Below are positions 63,302 through 64,000 of a stretch of DNA of 64,000 bases, piece by piece. The stretch is taken from the NCBI RefSeq assembly GCF_036588685.1, contig NC_086383.1, positions 62,868,001 through 62,932,000 of the forward strand. Direction: 5' to 3'. The translations under genes were made by a program, and so were the position numbers. Source of the stretch: Mytilus trossulus (lineage: Eukaryota). The notes below the pieces were generated by a model, which worked only from the letters and a program-made list of their open reading frames with translations, ran no database searches and was not told where the DNA came from. Each line of letters starts with the position of its first letter. Positions within the stretch are counted from its first letter, which is position 1.

Positions 63302-63609
63302 CATTTTCCATTCTGAAATGTCTGAATAGCTATACCCTGGCGTACTAACCAACTGACTTTCTATGTTCGAATCAGACAAGAGCTCGCACTTAAGAAAATC
63401 CTTTTGAAAGTTCATACCGTTGCAATTCTTCATTCGTAAGCATTCTCGAATGCACATTTTAGGACCAATATTCTCAAGAAATAATATAATTCAAGAGTTC
63501 CTTTTCTTGTTTTTTGAAAATTTCCACCGTTTACAGTATCTTGGAGGCAAATTTTAATTTCAAGACACATATTAATATAAATAAAAATATGAATAAAAAC
63601 GGTTTCCAT
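63302..63609 (-). pseudogene. Copy C: orphan exon 1 (signal peptide + PAN), disabled
   Basis: METVFIHIFIYINMCLEIKICLQDTVNGGNFQ, then a 1-nt deletion and an in-frame TGA (63493-63491). Donor WKM|GTAAGG is intact. No exons 2-4 recognised downstream. Confidence 0.85.
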
Positions 63610-64000
63610 TTTATTTTATTTTATTTTTTTTCCAGTTTTCCCCAATACTTTATAATGTTAAATATTGAAAATATAAATTGATTAATAAGGTGAAAAACTA
63701 AATATACTAAATCGCGAGCAACATTTTCTGACACATACAAAAATTCATAACTCATCCCATCCGCCCCTATAAGTGTAGATCAGACTTTTTTTCTAAGGTG
63801 ACTTGGTGGGATGTATATTTATAGGTCTTGAACTTTCAGCACTCCGCTACAGAAAGTCAAAATTTTGTTCAATATCTTAACCTGCTTAGAATGTCAAAGT
63901 TAATACATGTACCGGTATTTTACCATACCGAAATAACTATAATTTAACATTTTTAAATGTTATCATTATTTGAAGGATAACTCCCGAGAAAACAATACAT

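Overview
AT-rich, intron-containing animal DNA. The repeat families suggest a bivalve, probably a mussel (Mytilus-like); this is an inference. Most entries in the ORF track are spurious, and the real genes had to be rebuilt from splice sites. The window holds a cluster of four related genes for secreted proteins that begin with a homologous signal peptide + PAN/apple exon; three of them continue into a homologous 4-Cys EGF-like exon. Gene 1 (+, 4954-27784, 6 coding exons) continues into a MAM domain. Copy A (-, 46202-37864, pseudogene) and copy B (+, 50366-58355, 247 aa if a GC-AG first intron is spliced) continue into a CUB domain; they form a head-to-head inverted duplication around a decayed THAP-DDE (ISL2EU/Harbinger-like) transposase. 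Copy C (-, 63609-63302) is an orphan, disabled first exon. The exon-1 splice donor of gene 1 has been amplified into about 18 tandem 45-bp copies. The introns contain a 9.2-kb CACTA-ended element with a 3-bp TSD, TTAA- and TA-targeting MITEs, a foldback element, a CR1/L2-like LINE fragment, about 10 truncated Penelope-like RT copies (one seeding a 19 x 70-bp array), and about 12 dispersed repeats carrying intact or decayed type I hammerhead ribozyme motifs.
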